A stretch of 64,000 bases of DNA from an uncultured delta proteobacterium (GCA_963815115.1 CAWFFN010000007.1:704001-768000), one strand, 5' to 3'; counted from the first letter of the stretch, positions 46,338 to 55,938 are shown. The notes: a model not told the origin generated them from the sequence alone. Translations and numbers: made by a program.

Positions 46338-46985
46338 ATGCTCCGGGAGATCGTGCCAGGCATGCTCACGTGGTCGTGGTTCTCCGCGCGTCACGGCTAC
46401 GACTTCCACGGCCTGCTCGTACGGCATGAGGACGGCAACCTCTGCATCGATCCCGTCGAACCCGGCGAGGCCACGCTCGCCGCCATCGCACACGAAGGCG
46501 TCGCCCGCGTGCTGCTCACCAATCGCAATCACGTCCGGGCGGCGGAGCAGGTACGGCAGCGCACCGGCGCTCCGATCGCCATCCATCCCGCCGACGCAGA
46601 CTACGCTCGCGGGCAGGGCGCCACGGTCTCCGAGGAGCTACGCGCCGGCGAGCGCCGCGGTCCCTTCGTCGTGCTGCCGGTCCCGGGCAAGTCGCCCGGC
46701 GAGGTGGCGCTCCACTGGCCGGAGCGCCGGCTCCTCGTCGTCGGCGACGCCCTCATCGGGAATCCGCCCGGACGACTGGGACTCCTCCCCGACCGCGTGA
46801 TGGACGATCCGGAACGGCTCCGCGAGAGCATCCGCACGCTCACCTCGCTGGACCTCGACGCCATCGTCGTGGGTGACGGCGTGGCGATCCTCGAAGACGC
46901 GGGAGCGCGGCTACGCGAGCTGGTCGCGAGCTTCCCGGCGGAGGATCGCCCTGGAACCCGCTCGCGCGGGCGGCCGGAGAGTTGA
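46338..46985 (+). CDS. MBL-fold protein with degenerate metal motif
   Basis: IDP, LTNRNHVR in place of HxHxDH, GKSPGE, VGDAL, VGDG. Confidence 0.8.
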   Translation: MLREIVPGMLTWSWFSARHGYDFHGLLVRHEDGNLCIDPVEPGEATLAAIAHEGVARVLLTNRNHVRAAEQVRQRTGAPIAIHPADADYARGQGATVSEELRAGERRGPFVVLPVPGKSPGEVALHWPERRLLVVGDALIGNPPGRLGLLPDRVMDDPERLRESIRTLTSLDLDAIVVGDGVAILEDAGARLRELVASFPAEDRPGTRSRGRPES

Positions 46986-46986
46986 G

Positions 46987-47059
46987 AGGCGGCGACCGGA
47001 TTCGAACCGGTGAATGGAGGTTTTGCAGACCTCTCCCTTAACCACTTGGGTACGCCGCC
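46987..47059 (-). tRNA. tRNA-Cys(GCA)
   Basis: GGCGGCG/CGCCGCC stem, GAGGT-CTGCAAA-ACCTC anticodon arm, GGTTCGAATCC, U discriminator. Confidence 0.96.
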
Positions 47060-47124
47060 AGTGCTGCTGGCCAGTGCTACTGGCTGGTATGAGGCCGAGC
47101 ATTGCGCGCCCGCCACCTCGGTGT

Positions 47125-47289
47125 CTAGCGAGGGGCACCCCCAGGGGGCGTGACCTGACCGGCCGGCTCGACGGCCTTGTCCTCGCGACGCTTCTCTTCC
47201 TTCTTCTGGCGCTTCTCGAGCGCCTTCATGCGGCGCTCCGCTTCGCGCCGCTCACGGACGTTGCTCTTGAAGGCCCGTCCACCTGCCAT
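47125..47289 (-). CDS. 54-aa basic, charged-helix protein (below ORF-track cutoff)
   Basis: GGAGGTG RBS; MAGGRAFKSNVRERREAERRMKALEKRQKKEEKRREDKAVEPAGQVTPPGGAPR*. Confidence 0.7.
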   Translation of the reverse strand: MAGGRAFKSNVRERREAERRMKALEKRQKKEEKRREDKAVEPAGQVTPPGGAPR

Positions 47290-47293
47290 GACG

Positions 47294-47530
47294 TCACCTC
47301 CGGCGATGAAGACCGCCGAACCTAGCCGGGGGTGTCGTGGACGTCAAGGCGCGGCAGGCCGCGTGGCTCACGCCAGCATCGTCCTCCTCCTCCTCGTCGC
47401 TCGGCACGAAGGCGAACCAGCCCGTGAAGCGGTTCACGATGAAGTCGTGGCCGGGAGCATAGATGCCGCCGTGCACGAGCGCCGCGAGCACGAGGAACAG
47501 TCCGAGAACCAAGGCCGCCCGGGCGCTCAT
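47294..47530 (-). CDS. Small membrane-anchored hypothetical protein
   Basis: N-terminal TM helix, VNRFTGW, acidic run; ATGA overlap with the upstream GFA gene; AAGGAG RBS. Confidence 0.65.
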   Translation of the reverse strand: MSARAALVLGLFLVLAALVHGGIYAPGHDFIVNRFTGWFAFVPSDEEEEDDAGVSHAACRALTSTTPPARFGGLHRRR

Positions 47531-47925
47531 CGCGACGGTTCTCCTTCCTGCTGCCGGCGCCGGAACTCCTCCACGCTCGCCTCCCAGTTCCGGCCATCGA
47601 ACGATCGCCTCGAGAGCGCCGTCATATCCACGTCGTCGAGGCAGCGCACGTTGACGTCGATGCAGTCCGGGTTCGAGCGCGGCACGTAGAAGCTCGCCAC
47701 GCCGCAGTGCCGGCAGAACTGGTGCTGCGCGACGCCGGTGTTGAAGCGGTAGGTGGTGAGATCACCCTCGTCCGCGAGGAGTCGGAAGGCGCCGCGCGGC
47801 ACGATCCAGTGCAGGTAGCCCTTGCGGGTGCAGATCGAGCAGTTGCACTCGCTCACCTCGCCCGGTGTGCCCTGAACCTCGAAGCGCACGCGCCCGCAGT
47901 GACAGCCGCCCGTACAGATCGCCAT
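47527..47925 (-). CDS. GFA/CENP-V family protein
   Basis: GGCHCG, CNCSIC, FCRHCG, RSNP, FDGRNW. Confidence 0.92.
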   Translation of the reverse strand: MAICTGGCHCGRVRFEVQGTPGEVSECNCSICTRKGYLHWIVPRGAFRLLADEGDLTTYRFNTGVAQHQFCRHCGVASFYVPRSNPDCIDVNVRCLDDVDMTALSRRSFDGRNWEASVEEFRRRQQEGEPSR

Positions 47926-47931
47926 CGCGGC

Positions 47932-47960
47932 ATGCTAAAGACGGCTACCGGCGGCGTCAA
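47932..47960 (-). promoter_or_regulatory. Sigma70 promoter positioned for a leaderless transcript
   Basis: TTGACG-17-TAGCAT, 6 nt before ATG 47925. Confidence 0.55.
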
Positions 47961-47979
47961 CGCGTGCTACAACCACCTC

Positions 47980-49248
47980 GTGGCGCTGACGCCATCTCCA
48001 CGGATCGTCGTCCTCGGGGCCGGCTTCGCCGGGCTGCGTGCGGTTCGCGTCCTCTCACATGCCGGGCAGCGGGTGCTCTGGGTCGACGGGCGCAACTACC
48101 ACACGTTCCTGCCCCTGCTCTACCAGGTGGCGACCGCCGGGCTGGAGCCCCAGGCGATCGTCTATCCCACCCGCAGCTTCCTGCGGCGGTTTCCGGGCCT
48201 CGATTTCCGCCTCGCGCGCGTGGTGGGCGGCGATCCCGCGACGCGCACCCTGCGTACCGGGGACGGGGAGCAGATCGGCTACGACTACCTTCTGGTCGCC
48301 ACCGGCGGCGCTGCGGCCGACTTCGGCGTCGCCGGCGTGCGCACCAACGCCTTCCACCTCTACGACGTCGAGGACGCGCGCGCCCTGCGCAACCACGCCC
48401 TCGAGCTGCTGGAGCGCGCCGCCGCCATGCCGGATTCCGCCGCGCGCAGCGCGCTGCTCACGTTCGTCGTCGTCGGCGGGGGACCGACCGGTGTGGAGAC
48501 GGCGGGCGCGCTGGCCGAGTTCCGGCGCCACGTGGTACCGCGCGACTATCCCAGCATCCCGCCCGAGCAGCTGCGCATCGTGCTCATCGAGACTCGCGAC
48601 GCCGTTCTCGGCACCTTCGCCGCCTCCCTGCAGAGGAGAGCGCGGCGCGATCTCGAGGCGTTCGGGGTCGAGGTCCGGCTCGGCACCTCGGTCGCACGCG
48701 TGACCCCCGAAGGCGTCGATCTGACCGGCGGCGAGCATCTGCCGGCCGCCACCGTGGTGTGGGCCGCGGGCATCCGTGCGGCCGACGTCGCGGCACATCT
48801 CGGCCTGCCCACCGGCCCCGCCGGCCGCATCCGCGTGACGCCCACGCTGGAGGTCCCCGGGCATCCGGGCATCTTCGCGGCCGGCGACGTCGCCCTGGTC
48901 GAGGGCGCCGAGCGCATGCCGCAGGTGGCGCAGGTGGCGATGCAGGGTGGCGCGCAGGCCGCCAAGAACATCCTGCACGCGATCGCGGGCGAGCCGCTCG
49001 AGCCGTTCCGCTACCGCGACAAGGGTGCGATGGCCACGATCGGCCGCAGCCGGGCGATCGCGGAGATCGGGCGGCTCCGGCTGGCGGGCCCGCTCGCCTG
49101 GTGGGCCTGGCTGCTGCTCCACATCGTCATGCTGATCGGGTTCCGCAACCGGCTCGTCGTGCTGGTCGACTGGGCCTGGAACTACGTGACGTACGACCGC
49201 GGCCTGCGCGCCATCATCGGCCGCGATCGGCCGCTGCCGCTTGCCTGA
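47980..49248 (+). CDS. ndh: Type II NADH:quinone oxidoreductase (NDH-2)
   Basis: GAGFAG, PLLYQVAT, GGGPTGVE.AG, WAAG, AQVAMQ, YRDKG.MATIGR. Confidence 0.92.
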   Translation: MALTPSPRIVVLGAGFAGLRAVRVLSHAGQRVLWVDGRNYHTFLPLLYQVATAGLEPQAIVYPTRSFLRRFPGLDFRLARVVGGDPATRTLRTGDGEQIGYDYLLVATGGAAADFGVAGVRTNAFHLYDVEDARALRNHALELLERAAAMPDSAARSALLTFVVVGGGPTGVETAGALAEFRRHVVPRDYPSIPPEQLRIVLIETRDAVLGTFAASLQRRARRDLEAFGVEVRLGTSVARVTPEGVDLTGGEHLPAATVVWAAGIRAADVAAHLGLPTGPAGRIRVTPTLEVPGHPGIFAAGDVALVEGAERMPQVAQVAMQGGAQAAKNILHAIAGEPLEPFRYRDKGAMATIGRSRAIAEIGRLRLAGPLAWWAWLLLHIVMLIGFRNRLVVLVDWAWNYVTYDRGLRAIIGRDRPLPLA

Positions 49249-49261
49249 GCAAGCGCCATCA

Positions 49262-49335
49262 TTGCGGGGGGTGGATTTGAACCACCGACCTCGAGGTTAT
49301 GAGCCTCGCGAGCTGCCAGACTGCTCCACCCCGCG
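49262..49335 (-). tRNA. Initiator tRNA-fMet(CAU)
   Basis: C1:A72 mismatch, A11-U24, CTCATAA loop, GGTTCAAATCC. Confidence 0.95.
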
Positions 49336-49341
49336 CCGAGC

Positions 49342-49370
49342 GTGCTATCGGGCACCCGATCGGTTGTCAA
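49342..49370 (-). promoter_or_regulatory. Sigma70 promoter for tRNA-fMet
   Basis: TTGACA-17-TAGCAC immediately upstream of the tRNA. Confidence 0.6.
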
Positions 49371-49396
49371 GCAACACGACGGCTTGCGTGGGCCAC

Positions 49397-49537
49397 TGTG
49401 CCACCGCTGGCACAGGTCGTGCGCCTCGTGTGCCACTCGCGGCCGCCGCGCTGACACAGGTGCGCGGCGCGCGCTCGAAATCGTGCCCAAACGGCACGCT
49501 TCGGGCACATCGGCGTGGGCTTGGAACGTGGGTTGCT
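49397..49537 (+). promoter_or_regulatory. Sigma54 promoter with upstream enhancer-like repeats
   Basis: TGGAACGTGGGTTGCT (49522-49537); TGTGCCA-N4-TGGCACA at 49397-49414; further half-sites at 49429 and 49452. Confidence 0.7.
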
Positions 49538-49574
49538 TCGCGGCGGCGCCACGCCGCCAGAAGGAGAACCCACC

Positions 49575-50462
49575 ATGCAGAGAGCATCCACCGCGATCGC
49601 CGTGCTCGCGGCCTGCTTGACCGTGACGCTTCCCTCCACCGGCTGGGCGGGCTGTGGCTGCGACAAGCCCGCGCCGCCTCGAGCCAGCATCCGGCCGTTC
49701 GTGGCTGCGCCGACGCAGACCGTGACCCTCTTCAACTCCGCGCTCGCCGACGGCGTCACCTACGACGTCGCCTTCGAGCCGCAGGGCAGCCCGCTGCAAT
49801 GGACGCGCGCGCAGGCGCAGCGTCGCAAGGACATCGCCGACGGCGAGATGCGCGAGCACCTGGCGGTGACACTGCCCGACCTCGCGCTGGGTCCGTGCCG
49901 GGTGAGCGTGTGGCGCGACGGGGCTCCCGTCTTCGACATCGCGGCGGAGGACTTCACGGTGGCGGCGCTGCCGATCGCCCTGCGCGACGTGCCGGAGACC
50001 ACCAGCAACGACTACCGCGCCGCAGTCGGCGCCGACGGCACCGTGTACATCCCGGTCGACGTGACCAGCGTGTCGGGCGCGACGCGCTTCTCCGGGACCG
50101 CGCTCGGCCTGCCTCTCGAGTATCAGGCGCAGAACGTCGCCATGTACAACGACCAAGGCTACCTGATGCAGCTCCTCGATGCGGCCTCGCCGCGCCTCTT
50201 CGACCTGAAGGGCGGTGACCTCGACCACAGCACGACGCTGTCGTACTGGCGGCACGAGTTCGCGACCTACAAGGAGCAGGAGGCTGGTGAGGCGCACCAG
50301 CACGACGCCGCCGGCGAGTGGCATGCCGACGGCACGCGACACGTCGACCACGACCACATCGTCGTGGCGCTGCGCGGCGCCTTCGCTGACGGCACCACGC
50401 CGCATCCGGGCGCCACCGAGCCCTTCAAGCTCGTGATCACCTCGGAGCCCGAGCAGCACTGA
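49575..50462 (+). CDS. Exported hypothetical protein with N-terminal CGC motif and His-rich C-terminus
   Basis: AAGGAG RBS; signal peptide ending GWA-GCGCDKP; HQH..WH..RHVDHDH. Confidence 0.8.
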   Translation: MQRASTAIAVLAACLTVTLPSTGWAGCGCDKPAPPRASIRPFVAAPTQTVTLFNSALADGVTYDVAFEPQGSPLQWTRAQAQRRKDIADGEMREHLAVTLPDLALGPCRVSVWRDGAPVFDIAAEDFTVAALPIALRDVPETTSNDYRAAVGADGTVYIPVDVTSVSGATRFSGTALGLPLEYQAQNVAMYNDQGYLMQLLDAASPRLFDLKGGDLDHSTTLSYWRHEFATYKEQEAGEAHQHDAAGEWHADGTRHVDHDHIVVALRGAFADGTTPHPGATEPFKLVITSEPEQH

Positions 50463-50470
50463 GCGGGCGA

Positions 50471-52003
50471 ATGCTCCTTCCCATCCTGGCGATCGCCGGC
50501 GGCGCCGGGCTGTACGCCCTGGCGCTGCCGCGCTTCGACCTCTGGCCGTGCGCCTGGCTCGCCCTCGTCCCGCTGATCCTGGTGGTGCGGGGACGAGCCG
50601 CCGGCGGGGCGGCCGCTTACGGCGCCCTCGCCGGCTACGTCTCCGCATGGGCGGCAACCTGGTGGCTGGCGAAGGCGGTGGCCGGGTACTTCCAGGCCGG
50701 CATCGTCGTCGGGGCGCTCGCCATGAGCGCCGCCTATGCGGTCGCCGTCTCCAGCGCCTTCGTCCTGTTCGCCCTCGGCGCCCGCGTGCTCGCCGACCGC
50801 GGCGGCCCGTTCGCGCTCGCGGCCCTGTGGACGGCGTGCGAGCTGGTCCGCGCACGCGTCTTCGGGCAACCCTGGGGTCTCCTCGGCTACACCCAGCACG
50901 GTGAGCCGGCGCTGATCCAGGTCGCGGCCCTGGCCGGCGTCTATGGAGTGTCCTTCGTGGTCGCGCTCGGGAACGCGGCGATCGCCGAGGCGCTGTGGCG
51001 CTGGCGTAGCGGTACACCGCCGAGCCGCGCCGCCGCCGCACTCGTCGCGCCGGGGGCAGCGATCGCGGCGGTGTGGCTCGGCGGTGCGCTCGTGCTCCCT
51101 CCCGCCGGCGCCGCCGGCCCGGACCTCCCGCGCGTGGCCGTCGTGCAGAGCAACGTCCAGCCCGCCTTCCACTGGACGCGAGGTCACGCCGAGCAGCAGC
51201 TCCTCGCCAACCTCCGCCTCACCGAGCGGCTCGCGGACGAGCATCCGAGCCTGGTGGTCTGGCCCGAGAACGCCGTGACGGTCTACCTCGAGCAGGAGCC
51301 GTACATCGCCGATCAGCTCCGCCGGGTCGCTGCCCGCCTGGGCTTCGACCTCCTGGTCGGTGGCCCGCGTTTCGCGGATGGCCACACCTACAACAGCGCC
51401 CGGCTGATCCATGCCGACGGCAGCCCCGGCGAGGCCTACGACAAGCAGCGCCTGGTCACCTTCGCGGAGGCCCCGCCCTTCGAGCAGTCGGCGGACACCG
51501 AACGGAGCGAGAGCCCGCGCGCGTTCAGTGCCGGGACGCTGCCGGGCGTGCTCCGCAGCTTCGCACCGCTCGCCGTGTCGATCTGCCACGAGCTGCTCTA
51601 CCCCGACGTCATCAACCCCGCCGTGGTCGAGGGCGGCGCGCTGCTGGTGAACCTCGCCAACGACGGCTGGCTGGACGGTGGCTTCGGCGTCGGTGGCAGC
51701 CAGCACTTCGCGATGGGCGTGCTGCGCGCCGTCGAGACGCGCCGCTACCTCGTGCGCGCATCGACCACCGGAGTGTCCGCGGTCGTCGACGCCTGGGGAC
51801 GGCTGCTCGCCAGCCAGCCACCGGGCGGCGTCGGGGTGGCGGTCGCGGGCGTCGCGCCGCGACACGACCTCACGCCCTACGTCCGGTTCGGTGACGTCTT
51901 CGCCGTCGCCTGCGCCCTGGCCGTCCTGGTCGCCCTCGGCCGCGAGCGCGTGCCGGCACCGCGCCGGCGCCGCCTCGCCCTGGCCGCGGCGGCAGACGCC
52001 TGA
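50471..52003 (+). CDS. lnt: Apolipoprotein N-acyltransferase
   Basis: PWGLLGYTQ, VQSN, WPE, YDKQRLV.F.E, ICHE, NDGW, RAVE.RR. Confidence 0.92.
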   Translation: MLLPILAIAGGAGLYALALPRFDLWPCAWLALVPLILVVRGRAAGGAAAYGALAGYVSAWAATWWLAKAVAGYFQAGIVVGALAMSAAYAVAVSSAFVLFALGARVLADRGGPFALAALWTACELVRARVFGQPWGLLGYTQHGEPALIQVAALAGVYGVSFVVALGNAAIAEALWRWRSGTPPSRAAAALVAPGAAIAAVWLGGALVLPPAGAAGPDLPRVAVVQSNVQPAFHWTRGHAEQQLLANLRLTERLADEHPSLVVWPENAVTVYLEQEPYIADQLRRVAARLGFDLLVGGPRFADGHTYNSARLIHADGSPGEAYDKQRLVTFAEAPPFEQSADTERSESPRAFSAGTLPGVLRSFAPLAVSICHELLYPDVINPAVVEGGALLVNLANDGWLDGGFGVGGSQHFAMGVLRAVETRRYLVRASTTGVSAVVDAWGRLLASQPPGGVGVAVAGVAPRHDLTPYVRFGDVFAVACALAVLVALGRERVPAPRRRRLALAAAADA

Positions 52004-52060
52004 CCCGCACGCCGCGCGCCTTGCGCCCACGCCGGGCTTCGCGTATCGACCGCCGCGGCG

Positions 52061-53707
52061 ATGACAGCGGAGGCGGGAGGCCGCGCGCAGCTCGCGCGGC
52101 GCGCCGGGGTGGTGAGCGCGGCGGTGCTGGCGAGCCGCGTCCTCGGGCTGGTGCGCGAGCAGGTGTTCGCGACCTTCTTCGGGGCCGGGAAGGAACTCGA
52201 CGCCTTCATCACCGCCTTTCGCATTCCCAATCTGCTGCGCGATCTCTTCGCCGAAGGTGCGCTGTCCGCTGCCTTCGTCACCACCTTCACCCTCGAGCTC
52301 GAGCGCAAGGGCGAGGCCGCCGCCTGGCGGCTCGCAAGCCTCGTCGTCAACGCCCTGGCGGTCGTCGTCGGCGGGCTCTGCATCCTCGGCATCTATTTCG
52401 CGCCGGCGATCACGCGGGCCATCGCGCCCGGCTTCGCGGACATTCCCGGGAAGATCGACCTCACGGTGCACCTGACCCGCATCATGTTTCCCTTCCTGTT
52501 GCTCGTGGCGCTGGCGGCCGTCGCCATGGGCGTGCTCAACACGCGCAACCGCTTCGGGGTACCCGCCGCCGCCTCGGCCTTCTTCAACCTCGGCTCGGTG
52601 ATCGGCGGGCTCGCCTGCGTCGCGTGGCTCGTCCCCGGCTATCTCGGCGGCATCGTGGCGAGCATGCGCGGCGTCGCCGTCCCGCCTCCGGACCCGACGC
52701 TCACCGCGCGCGCCATCGGGGGCATGGCCATCGGCACGCTCGTCGGGGGCCTCCTGCAGCTCCTCGTGCAGGTGCCCTCGCTGTGGCGCGTCGGCTACCG
52801 CTACCAGCCGGTGCTGGCGCCGCGGGATCCGGCGCTACGCCAGGTCCTGCGCCTCATGGCACCGGCCACGATCGGCGCCGCCGCGGTGCAGGTGAACGTG
52901 TTCGTCAACAACAACTTCGCCTCCTTCCTCGGGAACGGACCGGTCTCGTGGCTCAACGTCGCCTTTCGTCTGATGCAGCTGCCGATCGGGCTCTTCGGGG
53001 TGGCCATCGGCACCGTCACCCTGCCCCTGGTCTCGCGCCATGCCGCTCGCGGCGACGCGGAGGCGATGCGCAGCGCGCTGCGCCAGGCGCTCGAGATGGT
53101 GGCGCTGCTCTGCATCCCCGCCGCCGCCGGCCTCGCCTGGTTCGGCGTGCCGGTGATCGGTCTCATCTACGAGCACGGCCGCTTCACCGCCGCCGACACG
53201 GTTGCGGCAGCGCACGCGCTCGCCGGGTATGCCATCGGGCTGGCCGGCTATGCCGGCATCAAGGTCGTCGCGCCCGCTTTCTACGCCCTCGACGATGTCC
53301 GCACGCCGATGCGCGTCAGCCTGCTCTCGATCGTCGTCAACTTCGCCCTCAACTGGCTCTTCGTGCGCGTGCTGGGCTTCGGGGCGCTCGGCCTCGCCCT
53401 CTCGACCTCCGCCGTCGCGCTCGCCAACTGCGCCATCCTGCTGATCATGCTGCGGCGCCGCCTCGGCCCGCTCGGCGGCGGGCTCGGTGGTGCGATCGTG
53501 CGCATCGGGATCGCCACCGTGCTCATGCTGGCCGCGGCGACCGCCGTGGACGCGACGCTCGCGGGCTGGCTCCCGCCGCGCCCGTTTTTCCACCACGGGC
53601 TCCGGGTCGCGATCGTACTCCCCGTGGCCGTGGTGGCGTTCTGGGCGGCGTGCCACGCGCTCGGGATCGCGGTGCCGACGCTCCGCCGGCGGCGCCGGGC
53701 GGGGTGA
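52061..53707 (+). CDS. murJ: Lipid II flippase MurJ
   Basis: SRVLGLVRE, AFRIPNLLRDLFAEGALS.AF, RLMQLPIGLFG. Confidence 0.95.
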   Translation: MTAEAGGRAQLARRAGVVSAAVLASRVLGLVREQVFATFFGAGKELDAFITAFRIPNLLRDLFAEGALSAAFVTTFTLELERKGEAAAWRLASLVVNALAVVVGGLCILGIYFAPAITRAIAPGFADIPGKIDLTVHLTRIMFPFLLLVALAAVAMGVLNTRNRFGVPAAASAFFNLGSVIGGLACVAWLVPGYLGGIVASMRGVAVPPPDPTLTARAIGGMAIGTLVGGLLQLLVQVPSLWRVGYRYQPVLAPRDPALRQVLRLMAPATIGAAAVQVNVFVNNNFASFLGNGPVSWLNVAFRLMQLPIGLFGVAIGTVTLPLVSRHAARGDAEAMRSALRQALEMVALLCIPAAAGLAWFGVPVIGLIYEHGRFTAADTVAAAHALAGYAIGLAGYAGIKVVAPAFYALDDVRTPMRVSLLSIVVNFALNWLFVRVLGFGALGLALSTSAVALANCAILLIMLRRRLGPLGGGLGGAIVRIGIATVLMLAAATAVDATLAGWLPPRPFFHHGLRVAIVLPVAVVAFWAACHALGIAVPTLRRRRRAG

Positions 53708-54425
53708 ATCCGGCGGCCCGATGGAGGGCACGCAGCTCGGCGGGCGTCACGTCGCGCCACGCCCCGATTTCGAGATCGCCCAGGGCGACCGGCCCGAGCC
53801 GCACCCGCACCAGCTTGTCGACCGGCAGCCCCAGCGCGGCGCACAGACGGCGCACGACGTGCTTGCGACCCTCCCGTAGCCCGATCTCCAGCCAGGTCTT
53901 GTGGGGCAGCTTGCGCAGCCGGCGCACCCGGCTCGGGATCACCACGCCTTCCTCGAGCCGGACGCCGCGCCGCAGGCGCCCGAGCACCCGCCCGTCCGGC
54001 GTGCCGTGGACCTTCACCTGGTAGACCCGCTCCACGCCGCGACGCGGATGCATCAGCCCGTGTGCGAGCGCACCGTCGTTGGTGAGCAGCAGCAGGCCGC
54101 TGCTCTGGAGATCCAGCCGACCGACCGGATACAGCCGCTCGCCCAGCGTCGCGAGAAGCTCGCGCACCGTCTCGCGGCCCTCCGGATCCGCGAGCGTGCT
54201 CACCACGCCGCGCGGCTTGTGGAGCACGATGGTCCGGCGCGCCGAGGGCCGCGCCAGCTCCTCGCCGTCGACGGCGATCGCATCGCGCTCGCGGTCGGCG
54301 CGCGTACCCAGCGCGCGCACCACCGTGCCGTTCACGCTGACGCGGCCAGCGAGAATCAGCGACTCGGCCTGGCGGCGCGAGGCCACGCCGAGGGCGCTCA
54401 GGATCTTCTGCAGGCGCTCGCTCAG
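53523..54425 (-). CDS. rluB: rRNA pseudouridine synthase (RluB/RsuA family), probable CTG start
   Basis: [18 protein letters not shown]4 start, HKPRG, PVGRLD, EGRKH.VRR; follows scpB. Confidence 0.88.
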   Translation of the reverse strand: MSERLQKILSALGVASRRQAESLILAGRVSVNGTVVRALGTRADRERDAIAVDGEELARPSARRTIVLHKPRGVVSTLADPEGRETVRELLATLGERLYPVGRLDLQSSGLLLLTNDGALAHGLMHPRRGVERVYQVKVHGTPDGRVLGRLRRGVRLEEGVVIPSRVRRLRKLPHKTWLEIGLREGRKHVVRRLCAALGLPVDKLVRVRLGPVALGDLEIGAWRDVTPAELRALHRAAGFTPPGAAGGASAPRSRARGTPPRTPPRPRGVRSRPGARGGKTGAAGASPRASRPRRSPRPA

Positions 54426-55143
54426 CCGCCGCTTCCGTCGTCGCAGGCGGACGGCGCCGGGGTGCCGTCACCGGGCTCGGTCGCGGCATCGGCGCGGGCC
54501 GCCAGCGCGTCCGCGCCCTCACCGACCTCCGCCAGGGGAGGAAGCGCCTGCAGGTCCGGAAGCCCGAAGACCTCGAGGAAGTCCTTGGTGGTGGCATAGA
54601 GCAGCGGGCGTCCCGGCGCGTCCTTCCGGCCGAGGATGCGGACCAGACGGCGCTCGAGCAGGGTGGAGAGGACGGCGTCGGCATCGACGCCCCGGATGGC
54701 TTCGATCTCGGGCCGGGTGCAGGGCTGCCGATAGGCCACGATGGCGAGCGTCTCGAGCATAGGCCGCGAGAGCCGCGGCGGCCGCCCCCGAGGAGCCGCC
54801 GCACCCAGTGCCCGTGCTCCGGAGCCGAGCGCAGCTGGTAGCCGCCGGCGACGTAGACCAGGCGCAGCCCCCGTCCCTCACGCTCGTAGGATTCGCCCAG
54901 TGCGCGCAGCGCCGCCGTCACCTCGCGCCGCTCGGGGCCATCGAGGGCCTCCACGAGGCGGACCAGGGGAACCGGAGCCCCGGAAGCGAGCAGCATGCTC
55001 TCGACGATGGCTGCCAGCCTGCCCACCGTTTCGGGCTCGGAGCCGGGGGACTCCGGCTCGGGCGCGGACTCGTCGATCAGGGCCCCGCGCCGCCCGTTTC
55101 CGTTCACGTGCTCCTCAAGATTGATCGCCAGGTCTGCTTCCAT
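54422..55143 (-). CDS. scpB: SMC-Scp subunit ScpB, apparent frameshift at 54785-54789
   Basis: VAGGYQLRS in one frame; [36 protein letters not shown] in the next. Confidence 0.9.
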
Positions 55144-55938
55144 CCGACTCCTCCTCACCTCTTCCCGCGCCGACCTGCCCCATCTCGCGCGCCCGGGCCT
55201 GCGCCTCCGCCAGATCGGCGACGGCCAGGTGGAGCTGGATGGGTCCGAACCGCTCGTGCTGCACGGCCCGTATCACCTTAAGCCGGATCAGCTCGAGGAG
55301 CGCAAGGAAGGTCACGATGACCTCCCCGCGGCCGCTCTCCGGCGAGAACACGTCTGCGAACTCGACCCCGGACCCGAGGGCAAAGCGCGCCAGGATGCGC
55401 TCGATGCACTCGGCCACCGACAGGCCGGGCGCCAGGATGGCGTGGGCCGGCGGCGGGCGCAGGCGGGACAGCACATCTCGCAGCGCGTCGAGCAGATCGG
55501 CCAGGCTGGCGTCGCGCACCCGGGGGCCCGGGTCGCCTGCGTCCCCGCCCGGCTCGGGCTCGCCCTGCGCCGCGAACACGTCGCGATCGAGCAGGCGGCG
55601 CGACCCCAGGTCGGCCGCCGCCTCACGGTAGCGCTGGTACTCGAGGAGCTGCTGGACCAGCTCCGCACGCGGATCTCCTCGCCCTCACCCTCCTCGTCCG
55701 GATCCGGCGGCAGGAGCATCCGGCTCTTGATGTAGGTGAGCGTCGCCGCCATCACGAGGTACTCGCCCGCCCCGTCCAGGTTGAGCTCGGGCAGGTCCTC
55801 CAGCACCGCCAGGTACTGGTCGGTGATGGTGGCGATCGGGATGTCGGTGATCTGCACCTCGTTCTTCTTGATGAGGTGCAGGAGGAGATCGAGCGGACCC
55901 TCGAAGACCTCGAGCTTGACGGTGCAGGGGACGCTCAT
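55115..55938 (-). CDS. scpA: Segregation/condensation protein ScpA, apparent frameshift near 55675
   Basis: [19 protein letters not shown]; then [11 protein letters not shown]...FGPI in another frame; one extra G restores EEDPRAEL. Confidence 0.9.

Noticed and set aside
53523-53707. 185-nt convergent murJ/rluB overlap
   Set aside because: The rluB tail is low-complexity read-through, typical of GC-rich genomes.
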